Made by a program: the position numbers and the translations under genes
From: an uncultured Gemmatimonadales bacterium
Lineage (GTDB): Bacteria > Gemmatimonadota > Gemmatimonadetes > Gemmatimonadales > GWC2-71-9
DNA length: 64,000 bases
Reading direction: 5' to 3'
Assembly: GCA_963842945.1 (NCBI GenBank)
Contig: CAWJIM010000021.1
Location: 64,001-128,000 of the forward strand
The notes under the pieces: generated by a model
Database searches by the model: none
The model's input: only the letters and a program-made list of their open reading frames with translations
Told to the model about the DNA's origin: nothing
Shown: one piece after another, positions 49,427 to 59,185 of the stretch
How the letters are laid out: each line of letters starts with the position of its first letter
How positions within the stretch are numbered: the first letter of the stretch is position 1

Positions 49427-51533
49427 CCAGCCTTGGCCCGCCGCACGTCGCCGCAGCTCCGGTGCGGCTGCCCCTCACTGTGATGGTGTAAGTCCCCGGC
49501 CCGGCTGGAGCCCAACGCAGTTCCCAGGGGTTGCGAGATTCCTCTTTCACCATGCGGAGCTCGAGGTTGGGATCGTTGTCTATTGCCAGCAGGGAATCCC
49601 TACCGTCTGACCCCCTGCCTCGGATCTCAACCAATGAGGCGGCGTCACTCGAGTCCCCGACCAGCCAGCCACCCGAACGCCCAAGCCCCAGCAGTGCGTA
49701 GACGGTATCTCCAGAGCACCAGGCCCGATCCACTCCGGCATGGCGGTCACCCTGAATGTGAGAAGCATGCCGGCGTGACCCGGGACTCACCTTCACCCCA
49801 GGGGCGCTCCTCCCGGGCAATGAGTCGCCGGCACTCAACGTACGCGTCAGTTCAGCCAGGGCCTTCGCGAGCATTGCCGCCGAGCCGGGTCCATAGAGAG
49901 TGGAACTGCCCTCGTAGTACTGAGCACCGTATTCGTCTGCAGTCGTCACGTACTCGAGAAAGCCGTTGGCCAGCGTTACCACCAGGATATTCTGTTGTCC
50001 CCCGAGAGTTCGCCTGGCGACCGCAATGGAATCCTGGAGCTGCCGCGCTGCCATGGTGCTGGTCTCGAAGGGCGCTGCGGCCAGCACGTGCGATCCGATC
50101 CGCAGCATCATGACCTGGGCAGTGGTGGGCAGTTTGCTTCCGACCAGCCGCTTAATGGCGCCCTCCCACAGAAGAAACCGCTTTTGCGCCTGGCAGCCGT
50201 GCGGAATACGGGCAGAAGCAGGGCCCTCCTCCATTCCGCTGTGGATTAGACCGAGCCAGCGCCAGCCGTAAAACCGAGTCCGCGCGTCGGGCGCTCCGCC
50301 AAAGGTCGCCATCCCGGGTATCGGTGCATCGCAGATCCCGAGCGACTCTGCGCGCTGAGCGAGGGGCAGCGTGACGAAGGATCGTTCGAGGGTAAGCGAA
50401 TCTTGGAGGCTGTCCTGCAAATCATGATACAGACTCTCGGCGACCGTGCTGATCGCTTCTGCCACGCTCGTCATCGCGCGTCGTGCTGCGTGGCGGCAGA
50501 CTGCCAGCTCCGTGGGATCGGGAGAGATCCAGCTCCAGTGTGCCCGGGCGAAGGGACCCATCGGCGATGCTTGAGGTCGCAACCTCGGCGGGGTGCACCT
50601 GCTTTGGATGGGCCAATCCGGGGAAACATCACCCGCTGGGCCGCTGGCCATCAGGTAGGTCGCCCGAGGAGCCGTGGAATCGCCGATGAGGTGAGCATCG
50701 ATGTACCGCTCTACCGATTGCGCGATCATCCCCGGTAGATCGGGATCCAGTAAGTCGTTGTCGGGTGTGTTCCCGGTCCCGTGTATGGCAAACACGCTCC
50801 AGGCACCGGCAGGCCGGAAAGTCCGCTTGGCGGAGTCCCAGCGGTCCACCCGAAGCATGGTGAGCCGGGGATCCACCAGCGCATACTCTGGTGCCAGCCC
50901 CTCAGGAGGGGCGAGCAGTGGGCGAGGTCGGGGTACGTTCCGCAGCATCGCCGGTAGGCTTCGGATGCGGGTCTGGCCCCAGACCGGGCGAGTCCCCCAC
51001 CCGATGCGAGCGGGGGTGAGATCGGCCACGGCAGACCGGATGGCACGAGCGATCCTGCTGCTCATCGAGTCCAGGATCTCACTGTCGAATCCCCCGACGA
51101 TTGATCCTTCCTCGTTGTATGCCGAGGCTTCGTACATGTTGCCCACGCTTGCGTGGGTATGAGTAGCGGAGAGGAGGAGACGGTCGACGCCGATGCCAAG
51201 GTCATGAGTCTTGGCTGCCACCCGTCGGTGGAGAAGGAGACTGATATGGGGCAGATCCACCACGACCAGTGCCAAACGATCTCCGCTTGCCTGCTCCAGA
51301 ACCAGGGCCCTGGCCAGGAGGCGCATTCGGTATCCTCTGGCTCGATTGCCTTCCGGGCCGTTGCCGGTGAGTCCTACTCCGGGGGGTGGCGTAATATCAA
51401 TTCGACCAAAACCTGCCCGAAGCGTGCCGGTTCCTGGTTGGGGAAGAGGCGAGAGCGCTGCGTCTTCCTGCCATGGCGTGATCCCGCCGCAGCCCGTCAG
51501 CGATAACAGGAGCAGCCCTGCGGATGCCCTCAT
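49413..51533 (-). CDS. Neutral/alkaline ceramidase family lipoprotein
   Basis: LTGC lipobox; GFGRIDITP, ARALVL, SATHTHA, FAIHGT, GDVSP, LANGFLEYVTT..Y..QYYEGSSTLYG. Confidence 0.85.
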   Translation of the reverse strand: MRASAGLLLLSLTGCGGITPWQEDAALSPLPQPGTGTLRAGFGRIDITPPPGVGLTGNGPEGNRARGYRMRLLARALVLEQASGDRLALVVVDLPHISLLLHRRVAAKTHDLGIGVDRLLLSATHTHASVGNMYEASAYNEEGSIVGGFDSEILDSMSSRIARAIRSAVADLTPARIGWGTRPVWGQTRIRSLPAMLRNVPRPRPLLAPPEGLAPEYALVDPRLTMLRVDRWDSAKRTFRPAGAWSVFAIHGTGNTPDNDLLDPDLPGMIAQSVERYIDAHLIGDSTAPRATYLMASGPAGDVSPDWPIQSRCTPPRLRPQASPMGPFARAHWSWISPDPTELAVCRHAARRAMTSVAEAISTVAESLYHDLQDSLQDSLTLERSFVTLPLAQRAESLGICDAPIPGMATFGGAPDARTRFYGWRWLGLIHSGMEEGPASARIPHGCQAQKRFLLWEGAIKRLVGSKLPTTAQVMMLRIGSHVLAAAPFETSTMAARQLQDSIAVARRTLGGQQNILVVTLANGFLEYVTTADEYGAQYYEGSSTLYGPGSAAMLAKALAELTRTLSAGDSLPGRSAPGVKVSPGSRRHASHIQGDRHAGVDRAWCSGDTVYALLGLGRSGGWLVGDSSDAASLVEIRGRGSDGRDSLLAIDNDPNLELRMVKEESRNPWELRWAPAGPGTYTITVRGSRTGAAATCGGPRLVIRR

Positions 51534-52387
51534 AGCCGTCCCAGCCGCAGAGTGGTACCCAGCCAGTATGCGAGGAAAAGACCGCGACTCTGTCCTCCAG
51601 TTCCTCGTTTGGCCTCGTCGTCTATACCCGCCTGGAGCCGCGCTCCCGTGCTGAAAGTGAAGTTCTCGTTTGGCTGCAAGTCGACCGAAAGCCCCACAAC
51701 CACGTGGGTAAATCCGTCGCTGGCGTAGTAGGCCAGCTCCTCCGGTTTCTCCGGGTTGGGACTTTCCCCCAGGCTGAGCCCGATGGCCACGTCCAAAATC
51801 ACGTTCACAGGGGGTGAAAAGGGCCAGGGGATCACCGGCACAGCACCCGATCCCTCCAGATACAGACCCTTTACGCGATCCACGTCCCAGTAGACTGCCA
51901 GAGCTGGTATCGGGTAGGTGTTCCTGGCCTGGAGCCCGAATCCGATCTCGGTGGTGTTCTGTTCCGCCGGGCGGCCCCCCAGCTCCTGATCGCCGTGGAA
52001 GGTGTAGCGAGTGGCACCGAGGAACATCACCTGACTGCCGACTGGCCTCCGGTACTCCAACCACCAGTCTCGTTCACCCAGCCCGCTTTGACCATGACCC
52101 ACTTCGGTCAGATCCGCCGGGCCGGCAGAGCCCAGCTCTCTGCTCTCGAAGACCCCGATGCCGACGGCCCCCCTGCCGATGGGAGCGGCGGCCGATGCAT
52201 CGATCTGCCCAACCCACGTAGTGGTGCGATTGATGCCCCGCCAGAGGTATCGGTTGGCACCCGTCAGCTCCACCCGAAGACTCTGAGCCACGAGCGGGGT
52301 CAGGTGGGGTCCCCAGATGAGGATGGAAAACGCGGCCGCCAGGTAAACCGTCAGTCTTCGGGTAATCCTGGCGTGGTCTTGTCTCAC
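51530..52387 (-). CDS. Outer-membrane beta-barrel protein (TorF-like)
   Basis: Signal peptide, NRYLWRG N-terminal motif, amphipathic strands; ATGA-coupled to the ceramidase. Confidence 0.65.
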   Translation of the reverse strand: MRQDHARITRRLTVYLAAAFSILIWGPHLTPLVAQSLRVELTGANRYLWRGINRTTTWVGQIDASAAAPIGRGAVGIGVFESRELGSAGPADLTEVGHGQSGLGERDWWLEYRRPVGSQVMFLGATRYTFHGDQELGGRPAEQNTTEIGFGLQARNTYPIPALAVYWDVDRVKGLYLEGSGAVPVIPWPFSPPVNVILDVAIGLSLGESPNPEKPEELAYYASDGFTHVVVGLSVDLQPNENFTFSTGARLQAGIDDEAKRGTGGQSRGLFLAYWLGTTLRLGRL

Positions 52388-52450
52388 GCCGGCTCTGTAG
52401 ATCCAACGTTGAGAGAAGAGGCCGCGTGGTACCTCAAGGACAGGCTTTAC

Positions 52451-53026
52451 TCATCGGTAGGTGACGCCGAGTAGGAGAGCAAGAAAGCCGTCTCCTCCCA
52501 GTGTATCGTCAAGTGGTCTCCCCGCAAGGTGAAAACGGGCGCCCGCGGAGATGCCGAGCGGCCCATCGCCGGGGTGAACCTCCAGTCCAGTGCCCAGGTT
52601 AAGGCCCGGCGCGACGAAATCCTCGCCATCCTGGCGTAGCGCGTATACCCCGAGCCCGGCCAGGCCGTAGGGACGGATCGATCCGGTAGGCGACCTCAGT
52701 CGCAGCATCGCTGTGAGGTGCCAGGCCGAACGGTCATACTCAAGTGTGCCGAGACCCCCCACGACCTCGCTCCGGCTCTCGTGGTGATCGTACCCGACCT
52801 CCGCGCCAAATCGGAGCTTTCCTTCGCCACCACCGAAGACACTGAGCGCCAGGGCGCCTGAGCCGTGGCTAAAGTCACTATTATCGACTCCGGTGACGTA
52901 GCCGCCGGAGAGGGCGCCGGACCACGAGCTCTGTGCCGGGGCCTGCGCGGCAGCATCTCCGGCTGTTGCTGCTAGAACGAGGACAAGAAGCGTGGCTGTC
53001 GTCTGACGTGCCAGTGAGCGCATCAC
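52451..53026 (-). CDS. Small outer-membrane beta-barrel protein
   Basis: Signal peptide, IRPYGLAGLGVY, C-terminal LLGVTYR. Confidence 0.75.
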   Translation of the reverse strand: MMRSLARQTTATLLVLVLAATAGDAAAQAPAQSSWSGALSGGYVTGVDNSDFSHGSGALALSVFGGGEGKLRFGAEVGYDHHESRSEVVGGLGTLEYDRSAWHLTAMLRLRSPTGSIRPYGLAGLGVYALRQDGEDFVAPGLNLGTGLEVHPGDGPLGISAGARFHLAGRPLDDTLGGDGFLALLLGVTYR

Positions 53027-53081
53027 GCCTCCTCATCTCCCGCTCGAATTAGAGATTCGGCAGGTGACCTTCACCATCAGA

Positions 53082-53888
53082 TCATCGTGCTACCGGCTCC
53101 GAGCTCCGTTTCTTGTAGCCGGTGCGCGTCATCAGAGACTGCACCACCCCGGGAAATACCGCGTGCTGCCAGTAGGTCAGCTTCATCATGAACGGTACCA
53201 CTACCAGCTTCTGCTCCCGCTCGATGCCGCGAACGATGGCCCGGGCGGCAGCCTCTGAGGTCAGGGCCGGGACCAGGTTACCCATCTTCGGCACGCGCTC
53301 TCGACTTCCCGGATTGTGTTCCCAGTACTCCGAGCGAACCACGCCTGATTCGTACAAGGTGACCCGGATGCCGGTCTTGGCCAGATCGGACCGCAAGGCC
53401 TCGGTGAAGCCCCGGACCGCCCACCGGGCAGCGAGATAGGCGGTAGCTCCGGGCCACACGAAGCGGGAGCCGACCGAGCTGACATTCACGATGTGCCCTG
53501 AGTTCCGCCGCAGCATACCGGGCAGGAAGGCATGGGTGACGTAGAACGTGGCGAAGTAGGGCACGGCCATCAGCTGCACCGCTTCCTGCGGCGTCGTTTC
53601 CTCCACGAACCTCCAGCGACCGGCCCCGGCGTTATTCACGATAATGTCCGGCGTCCCGATTTCGGATGTCACCCGCTGTCCCAAGGCAGTGACTGCCTTT
53701 TCGTCGCTCAGGTCGGTGGGATAGACCGAGGCGGCGCCTCCGATGGAGCTGGCCACCTGGCGGAGCTGCTCTTCCCGACGCGCGACCAGAATGACCCGAG
53801 CTCCTGCCTTCGCGAGCTCCTGCGCGGTCGCGGCGCCTATTCCACTGGAGGCGCCGGTGACGAGCGCCGTTTTCCCTCGAGGATTCAT
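53082..53888 (-). CDS. Short-chain dehydrogenase/reductase
   Basis: TGASSGIG, NNAG, NVSS, YLAAR (YxxxR variant of YxxxK). Confidence 0.92.
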   Translation of the reverse strand: MNPRGKTALVTGASSGIGAATAQELAKAGARVILVARREEQLRQVASSIGGAASVYPTDLSDEKAVTALGQRVTSEIGTPDIIVNNAGAGRWRFVEETTPQEAVQLMAVPYFATFYVTHAFLPGMLRRNSGHIVNVSSVGSRFVWPGATAYLAARWAVRGFTEALRSDLAKTGIRVTLYESGVVRSEYWEHNPGSRERVPKMGNLVPALTSEAAARAIVRGIEREQKLVVVPFMMKLTYWQHAVFPGVVQSLMTRTGYKKRSSEPVAR

Positions 53889-54190
53889 ACAGAGCCCTTT
53901 CGTCAAGTAATGAGTGGGCTGCTGGTGGGTTTCCTACACTAGAGCTGAGAGCTTCAATAGTTCGCAGCCACGACGGCCTGGCGCTGAGCCGGCCAACCTA
54001 CCCCACGTCCTCATCTGCGCTCTCGGGGAAAGCATCGAGAGTCTCAACTGGATGAGTTCTCGACCTGATTTCCGACCTGCCGAGCCACCGCCGCCTGCTC
54101 CACATGCTGGAGAACGCGACCCGTACGCCCACTCACCTTCAGTCCGAGCATCCCTCTGACGGAACCGGTCCCGGCGTCTGGGCACTCCAA

Positions 54191-54829
54191 CTACAGGGAG
54201 CCTGAGGTGGCCAGCAGCGCCACCGCTCGTGAGCGTGACTCAGCGCCGATTTTGTGTCGCACGCGTTCTGCATGATGCTCGGCTGTGCGAAGGCTGATGG
54301 CGAGTCGTGTGGCAATGGCCTGATCTGACAGTCCTCTCCCCATTAAGCAAGCGACCTCGGCTTCTCGAGCCGTGAGTCCCAACCGATCGCAGAGGTCACG
54401 CAAGTGGACCTTTCGTTTCCCCGTGCGCTCCAATTCGATCAGGATCCCCCAGCAGCCTGGAAGCAATAGCATGGGTGGCACCAGCACCCCCCGGAGACGG
54501 AACTCAGAGCCCGGGGTAAGAACCTCCCGATTAAGCACGATGGGCTTTGCAGGTGGTCTGCTGCTGTCCAGGGTACGTACCCTGGCAGACAGGCGCCGCA
54601 CCGCCTGATCCAGTTCGTCTTGCAGTTGAGCCCGCTCCTTGATGGCTGCACGGTTCAAGCAGTCGTGGAGCGCAGGGGTTTGGTACAGTAGTCGTCCACC
54701 TTCATCGGCCGCGACCAAGGGCCGGGCGAAAGCGTCTAACAGCCGCGCTTGGGTCTGGGTGAGGGTACCTTGCGAGGGCACGAATCCCCTCAACTCGATA
54801 GAGGTAGGTACTTCTTCCCATGCGGACAT
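54191..54829 (-). CDS. LuxR-type HTH transcriptional regulator
   Basis: LTAREAEVA..GLSDQAIA..L.IS.RTAEHH..KIG; start uncertain. Confidence 0.8.
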   Translation of the reverse strand: MSAWEEVPTSIELRGFVPSQGTLTQTQARLLDAFARPLVAADEGGRLLYQTPALHDCLNRAAIKERAQLQDELDQAVRRLSARVRTLDSSRPPAKPIVLNREVLTPGSEFRLRGVLVPPMLLLPGCWGILIELERTGKRKVHLRDLCDRLGLTAREAEVACLMGRGLSDQAIATRLAISLRTAEHHAERVRHKIGAESRSRAVALLATSGSL

Positions 54830-54879
54830 CGGAGGTTTGCCATAGTATCGCTCGGGCCAGTTGCGCGCTAGGCGTGCGA

Positions 54880-54995
54880 GCCAAAGTGCAGGTTCGGCCT
54901 TAGCCGGGGCCGCAAAGCCTCGGGTCATCGCTCTCCTCCGAGACGCCGGCTAGGCGCCCCCGAAGGACCCCCAAGACCGCCGAGCTGCCTACCTG
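54880..54995 (+). ncRNA. Variant or degenerate c-di-GMP-I-like aptamer
   Basis: TGCAGGTTCGGC-CTTA-GCCGGGGCCGCAAAGCCTCGGGTC...CCAAGACCGCCGAGCTGCC aligns with the 35828 riboswitch; in the 5' UTR of 55062. Confidence 0.65.
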
Positions 54996-55061
54996 GACCG
55001 CAGTTCTCCGCCTCACATGTGAGACGGTTCCTTCACTGATGCTCTCTTTAAGGAGGGAACT

Positions 55062-56819
55062 ATGTCCATGTCTCGACCGGCTCGGGACCGACGCCGTCCA
55101 ACCCATTCGCTCCGGGTTGCGGCGTCGCTCATTCTGGCGGCAACCTGGCTGGGTTGCGCGAAGGATGATCCGACCGCTCCGGAACACTCGTCCCAGTCGC
55201 TCGCCGCCGTGGGCAACGTCACCGGAAGGATCCTGGGTCCGGACGGCCGGAACATCTGCCGGACTGTAGGAGACGGCACGATGATCGTGACTCTGCTCAA
55301 TCCGGACTTCGATTTCACCAACGACCCTTTCCTAGGGTTCCAAGAGGTCACCTGCCCGGATAACTCCTTCTCCCTCGCCCATGCTGGCCCCGCTCATCTG
55401 CGCGTTGAGTTGCCGATCAACGACAACATCGACGACCTGCCCTGGCGAAACCTGGAGGATGAGTTCACCGTGCCCGCGGGCGGGGTCAATCATCCGGTCA
55501 ACCTCGAAGAAGGGACCCCCCTGGGAGGCCGGGCCCTCTTCGAGGGAACGCCGGTCGAGGGTGCCCCAATTTTCATCAACTATGGATTCAACCTCGGCTT
55601 CGGGGCCACCAACGGCTTCAGCGGTCCAGACGGCAGGTGGGTGGAATTCTTCGGCCGCGCGCCACTGCTGCTGCGGAGAGATGTGAGCTATCAGGTCTTC
55701 GGCTGTGAGGGTGGGGTTCTCGGCGCGAAGCAGGCCGCTCCGCTTCCCACGGCCCCGTTTGTCTTCCCCTCCGGGAGGCAAGGGGTGACCTGCCGGCTGG
55801 AGAGCGGACCCACGACGGAGTTCTCCCACACCGACACCCGCCTCGCGATCACTCCGATGCCGGGCGACATCGGCGGTGCCTTCAGCGGCGATTTCTTCGA
55901 ACAGTTCGGCGTGGGCTGGGGGGTGCAGTTCCCCGTCCCGTTGAACAAATCGCCGGCCCATGGCCCGATCTCCCTGTCCCACATGTTCAACGGCGGCCTC
56001 TTGATCGGACTTCCGGCCCAAGGAGGCAGTCCGGCCCGGATTCTCTCTGGCGTCGACCTGGGGTCGGCAGGACTGGAATGCGTCGGGTTCTGCCGAGATC
56101 TCGGTTTTGATGGCGTGGTGACGTTCGGCCCCACCGGCGCGAGCGGCGAGAGAAAGAGCGTGACCTGGCGTTATTCGGACGCCGGTTCGGAAGAGGCCGT
56201 GGGGCTCCAGGTCATCCAACACTCAATCGATGGAATAAGGCCTCATGACTATGTGCTGTTCCGGTTCCGGATCCGGAACACCAGCCCGTCCAGCCTGAGA
56301 TTGTATGCTGGGGTCTTCACCGACTGGGATGTCCAACCCGACCCCTTCGACGACCGGGGCGCCACCACTCTCAACGGCACACTGATGTACCAGGTGAGCC
56401 AGGCCAACGGTATCCACATTGGCACCGTGTTGTTGGGCGAGGCCCCGGTCACCGGGAATTACTTCTGGGATGCCGAGCAGAATCCTCCTCCCTCAATCGG
56501 CCAGCAAATTCGGGCGTTGCGGGGGGACCTTACCCGCACCTCGGCCGGACCCAACGACCTGCGCTACATCCAAGGCGCTGGACCCATCACCCTGAGCCAC
56601 GGGGAGGCGCAGGACGTATGGCTCGCGGTGGTCGCGGGGCTGAGTCGAAGCCAGCTGATCGCCAATGCCAACGCGGCGAGGGCCCACGTGTCCAAGCTGC
56701 AGAATACGGCAATCAGCGATGCCGATGAGACCGTGCGGATCGCCGCGGTGCGGAACCGCACTTCGCCCTTGCTCCAGCGGCCGAATTGCAAGTACAACTG
56801 CCGAAATAGCGGACAGTAG
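55062..56819 (+). CDS. Large hypothetical lipoprotein
   Basis: AGGAGG RBS, WLGC lipobox, beta-rich; C-terminal LYAGVFTDWDV..GPITL..VWLAVVAG domain. Confidence 0.8.
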   Translation: MSMSRPARDRRRPTHSLRVAASLILAATWLGCAKDDPTAPEHSSQSLAAVGNVTGRILGPDGRNICRTVGDGTMIVTLLNPDFDFTNDPFLGFQEVTCPDNSFSLAHAGPAHLRVELPINDNIDDLPWRNLEDEFTVPAGGVNHPVNLEEGTPLGGRALFEGTPVEGAPIFINYGFNLGFGATNGFSGPDGRWVEFFGRAPLLLRRDVSYQVFGCEGGVLGAKQAAPLPTAPFVFPSGRQGVTCRLESGPTTEFSHTDTRLAITPMPGDIGGAFSGDFFEQFGVGWGVQFPVPLNKSPAHGPISLSHMFNGGLLIGLPAQGGSPARILSGVDLGSAGLECVGFCRDLGFDGVVTFGPTGASGERKSVTWRYSDAGSEEAVGLQVIQHSIDGIRPHDYVLFRFRIRNTSPSSLRLYAGVFTDWDVQPDPFDDRGATTLNGTLMYQVSQANGIHIGTVLLGEAPVTGNYFWDAEQNPPPSIGQQIRALRGDLTRTSAGPNDLRYIQGAGPITLSHGEAQDVWLAVVAGLSRSQLIANANAARAHVSKLQNTAISDADETVRIAAVRNRTSPLLQRPNCKYNCRNSGQ

Positions 56820-56889
56820 CCCTAAGCGGTGAGCGGGTCACCCCAATGTTTGGAGGCCCGCTCCCTGCCCGGGGCCGCAAAAGTCACGG

Positions 56890-57696
56890 CTCACACCGCT
56901 GTCCCAGTGGGGAAAGAGGTACACGCCGCCGGCCAACGTGCCGCTCAAACCCGGGGTGGATGCCAATACCCCCGTGCCTGACCAGGTACTGGCGATGTGG
57001 CCGGACACGTTTTTCAACCGGCTGAACCAGTTACTCGTCCGGAACCCGCCCGAGCCCGATGACCCGGCGACGATGGATCGCATCGCCAAGCTCGGCATTG
57101 CTCTGGGCGCCGAGTTTCACATGGAGGCGTTCTCGAGCGAAGTCCAGAAAGCGATTCAGGAGGGTGTTGCCGCCGGGCAGAAGGCCTTGCGCGAGGCAGT
57201 GCTGGGCAAGGTGGTCAACGGCTGGCAGATCGCGCTCGATTTGGGCCGTTATGGTACGAACTACGTCTATCGTGCCGGATGGACCTTCTTTGGTGTCGGG
57301 GGCAACCTGGCCGAGGATGCCGTCTATCCAGTCGCCGCCGTTGACGGTGACGGCAAGCCGTTCGTTTCCGCGAACAAGTACGTCCTGCGCTTCACCAAGG
57401 AGCAGATCCCGCCGGTGCAGGCGTTCTGGTCGCTGACCATGTACGACCCGGACTCGTACCTCGTTCCCAATCCGATCAAGCGGTACGCGCTCGGGGATCG
57501 GAGCGGGATGAAGCCCGGTGACGACAGCTCACTCACGATCTACATCCAGCGCGACTCGCCGGGGAAGGACAAGGAAGCCAACTGGCTACCCGCGCCGAAG
57601 GATGGTGGGTTCAAGCTGGCCCTGCGCCTGTACGCGCCTCGGAAGGAAATCGCCGAGGGGACCTGGACGCCGCCGCCAGTCAAACGAGTGGGCTGA
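56890..57696 (+). pseudogene. DUF1214 protein, 5'-truncated (DUF1254 half missing)
   Basis: Begins mid-protein at LTPLSQWGK; GRYGTNY, DAVYP, PPVQAFWSLTMY, NWLPAP, LRLYAP; no signal peptide. Confidence 0.75.
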
Positions 57697-58212
57697 ACTC
57701 AAAGACGCCACCACGGCTGATGCACCCAGCTTGCCGCTGTAACCTGCTAACAAGAACGGCACACCCGGGCCGCAGTCAGCCTCCCTCTGCCGCAATTGGC
57801 GACGCCTCGCCTGCGATTGACGCACCAGCGGGACCAGCGCCAGCACGAGCTCGTGTGGGGAGAACGGCTTGTAGAACAGAGGCACGGCGGCGGGGGAGGT
57901 CACCGGAGGGTTGTACGCGGTCATCGCCACGATCGGCAAGCCAGGTCGACATTCCTGGAGCACCGCGATCAGCTCGTGGCCGGAGACCACGGGCATCTCG
58001 AGGTCGGTCACCACCACGTCCAAGAGCTCCGCCTTGTCCCGCTCGAGGACGTCGATGGCGTCCTCAACGTCCCCCGCCACGACCACCACAGCGCCTTCGA
58101 GGTTCAGCATCCGCGCTAGCGCTAGCCCGACACCATTATCGTCGTCAACCAGCAGAAGGCTCGCGCCCTCCAGCAGGCGGCTGTTCGTAGGTGGGAGGTC
58201 CCAATCGTTCAT
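57586..58212 (-). pseudogene. Receiver-domain protein, 3'-disrupted paralog of 59186..59812
   Basis: LLVDDD, TDLEMPVVSGHELIAVLQ, YKPF; homology ends near 57775, then the frame reads into DUF1214 antisense. Confidence 0.65.
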
Positions 58213-58411
58213 CAGCCTGTATCCCCGGTTCCAGGATACGAAGGGAATGCTGCAGCGACATTGCTGTGCTGCAACAATTTACATGCCTGTCAAGGCTCGC
58301 AGCTTGTCGCGATTCTGGATGAAATCACCGCGTTTTGCGAACGGTCCGTAGAGTCAACGCAGGGGATACAGTGAGATGAGCGCCTGGCGAGGAGGACTTT
58401 TTTTCACTCCT

Positions 58412-58852
58412 TCAGAAGAGTTCCTCGGCCAGGGCGACGATGATGCCCGCAGGGCCACGCATGTAGCAGAGTCTGTACTTGTCCTCGTACTGGACCACCT
58501 CGCCGACGAGTTCGCCGCCGCTGGCGCGCAGTCGAGCGACGCTCTCATCGACGCTTTCGACTGTAAACATCACGCTCCGGAGGCCCAACGTGTTCGGCGG
58601 TGCGATCGCCGGTTCGAGCTCGACCAGTCCTGGATTGCGAAACTTCGTCAGCTCGACCCGCCCGTGTCCATCCGGGGTCCGCATCATGACGATGTCCACT
58701 CGGACACCTTCGAGCCCGTTGACGCGGTCCACCCACGGGCCCTCGACGGGACTTTCGCCCTCGACCGTCATGCCGAGCGCGGTGAAAAAAGCGATAGCGG
58801 CTGCAAGGTCGTCGACCACGACGCTGACGTGGTCCAATCTCTTGATCGTCAT
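58412..58852 (-). CDS. VOC/glyoxalase family protein
   Basis: LDHVSVVVDDL, RVELTKF, LRSVMFTV, YMRGPAGIIVALAE. Confidence 0.93.
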   Translation of the reverse strand: MTIKRLDHVSVVVDDLAAAIAFFTALGMTVEGESPVEGPWVDRVNGLEGVRVDIVMMRTPDGHGRVELTKFRNPGLVELEPAIAPPNTLGLRSVMFTVESVDESVARLRASGGELVGEVVQYEDKYRLCYMRGPAGIIVALAEELF

Positions 58853-58860
58853 GGCCCCTT

Positions 58861-58965
58861 TTACGTCCCCGCTACCGCAACCGGCACCGAACGGTTGATC
58901 CCACTCCCGTCGCCCAACTGGCCGTTGCTGTTGTCACCCCAGCACCATGCCTTGTTCACCGTATT
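58861..58965 (-). pseudogene. Last RCC1 repeat of a deleted gene
   Basis: KAWCWGDNSNGQLGDGS..RSVPVAV* with no upstream repeats. Confidence 0.75.
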
Positions 58966-59185
58966 ATGGCGCGAGAGTTGGAGCAGGCCGTAGCCGTGCA
59001 CCATCGTTGAGGGTGTCTTGGAGACCGGGAGTTTTGACAGAGAATTGATGCCAGACAGGACTACCCCTTGGTCCAGTATTCGCTCCGTGCACCAGAGCAT
59101 ACACTCAGTAATGGCCCTCCTTGAAGGCTCGATCCCTGACCACGCTGGAGGGAGAGAAGCAGCGCTCGACACGAGATGAGGTCAC

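Noticed and set aside
51534..52064. N-terminal extension of the 883-aa ceramidase ORF
   Set aside because: It overlaps the upstream barrel gene; the lipoprotein signal starts at ATG 51533
54830..54928. N-terminal extension of the LuxR ORF
   Set aside because: It overlaps the GEMM-like RNA on the other strand and lacks protein-like features; a later start is more likely
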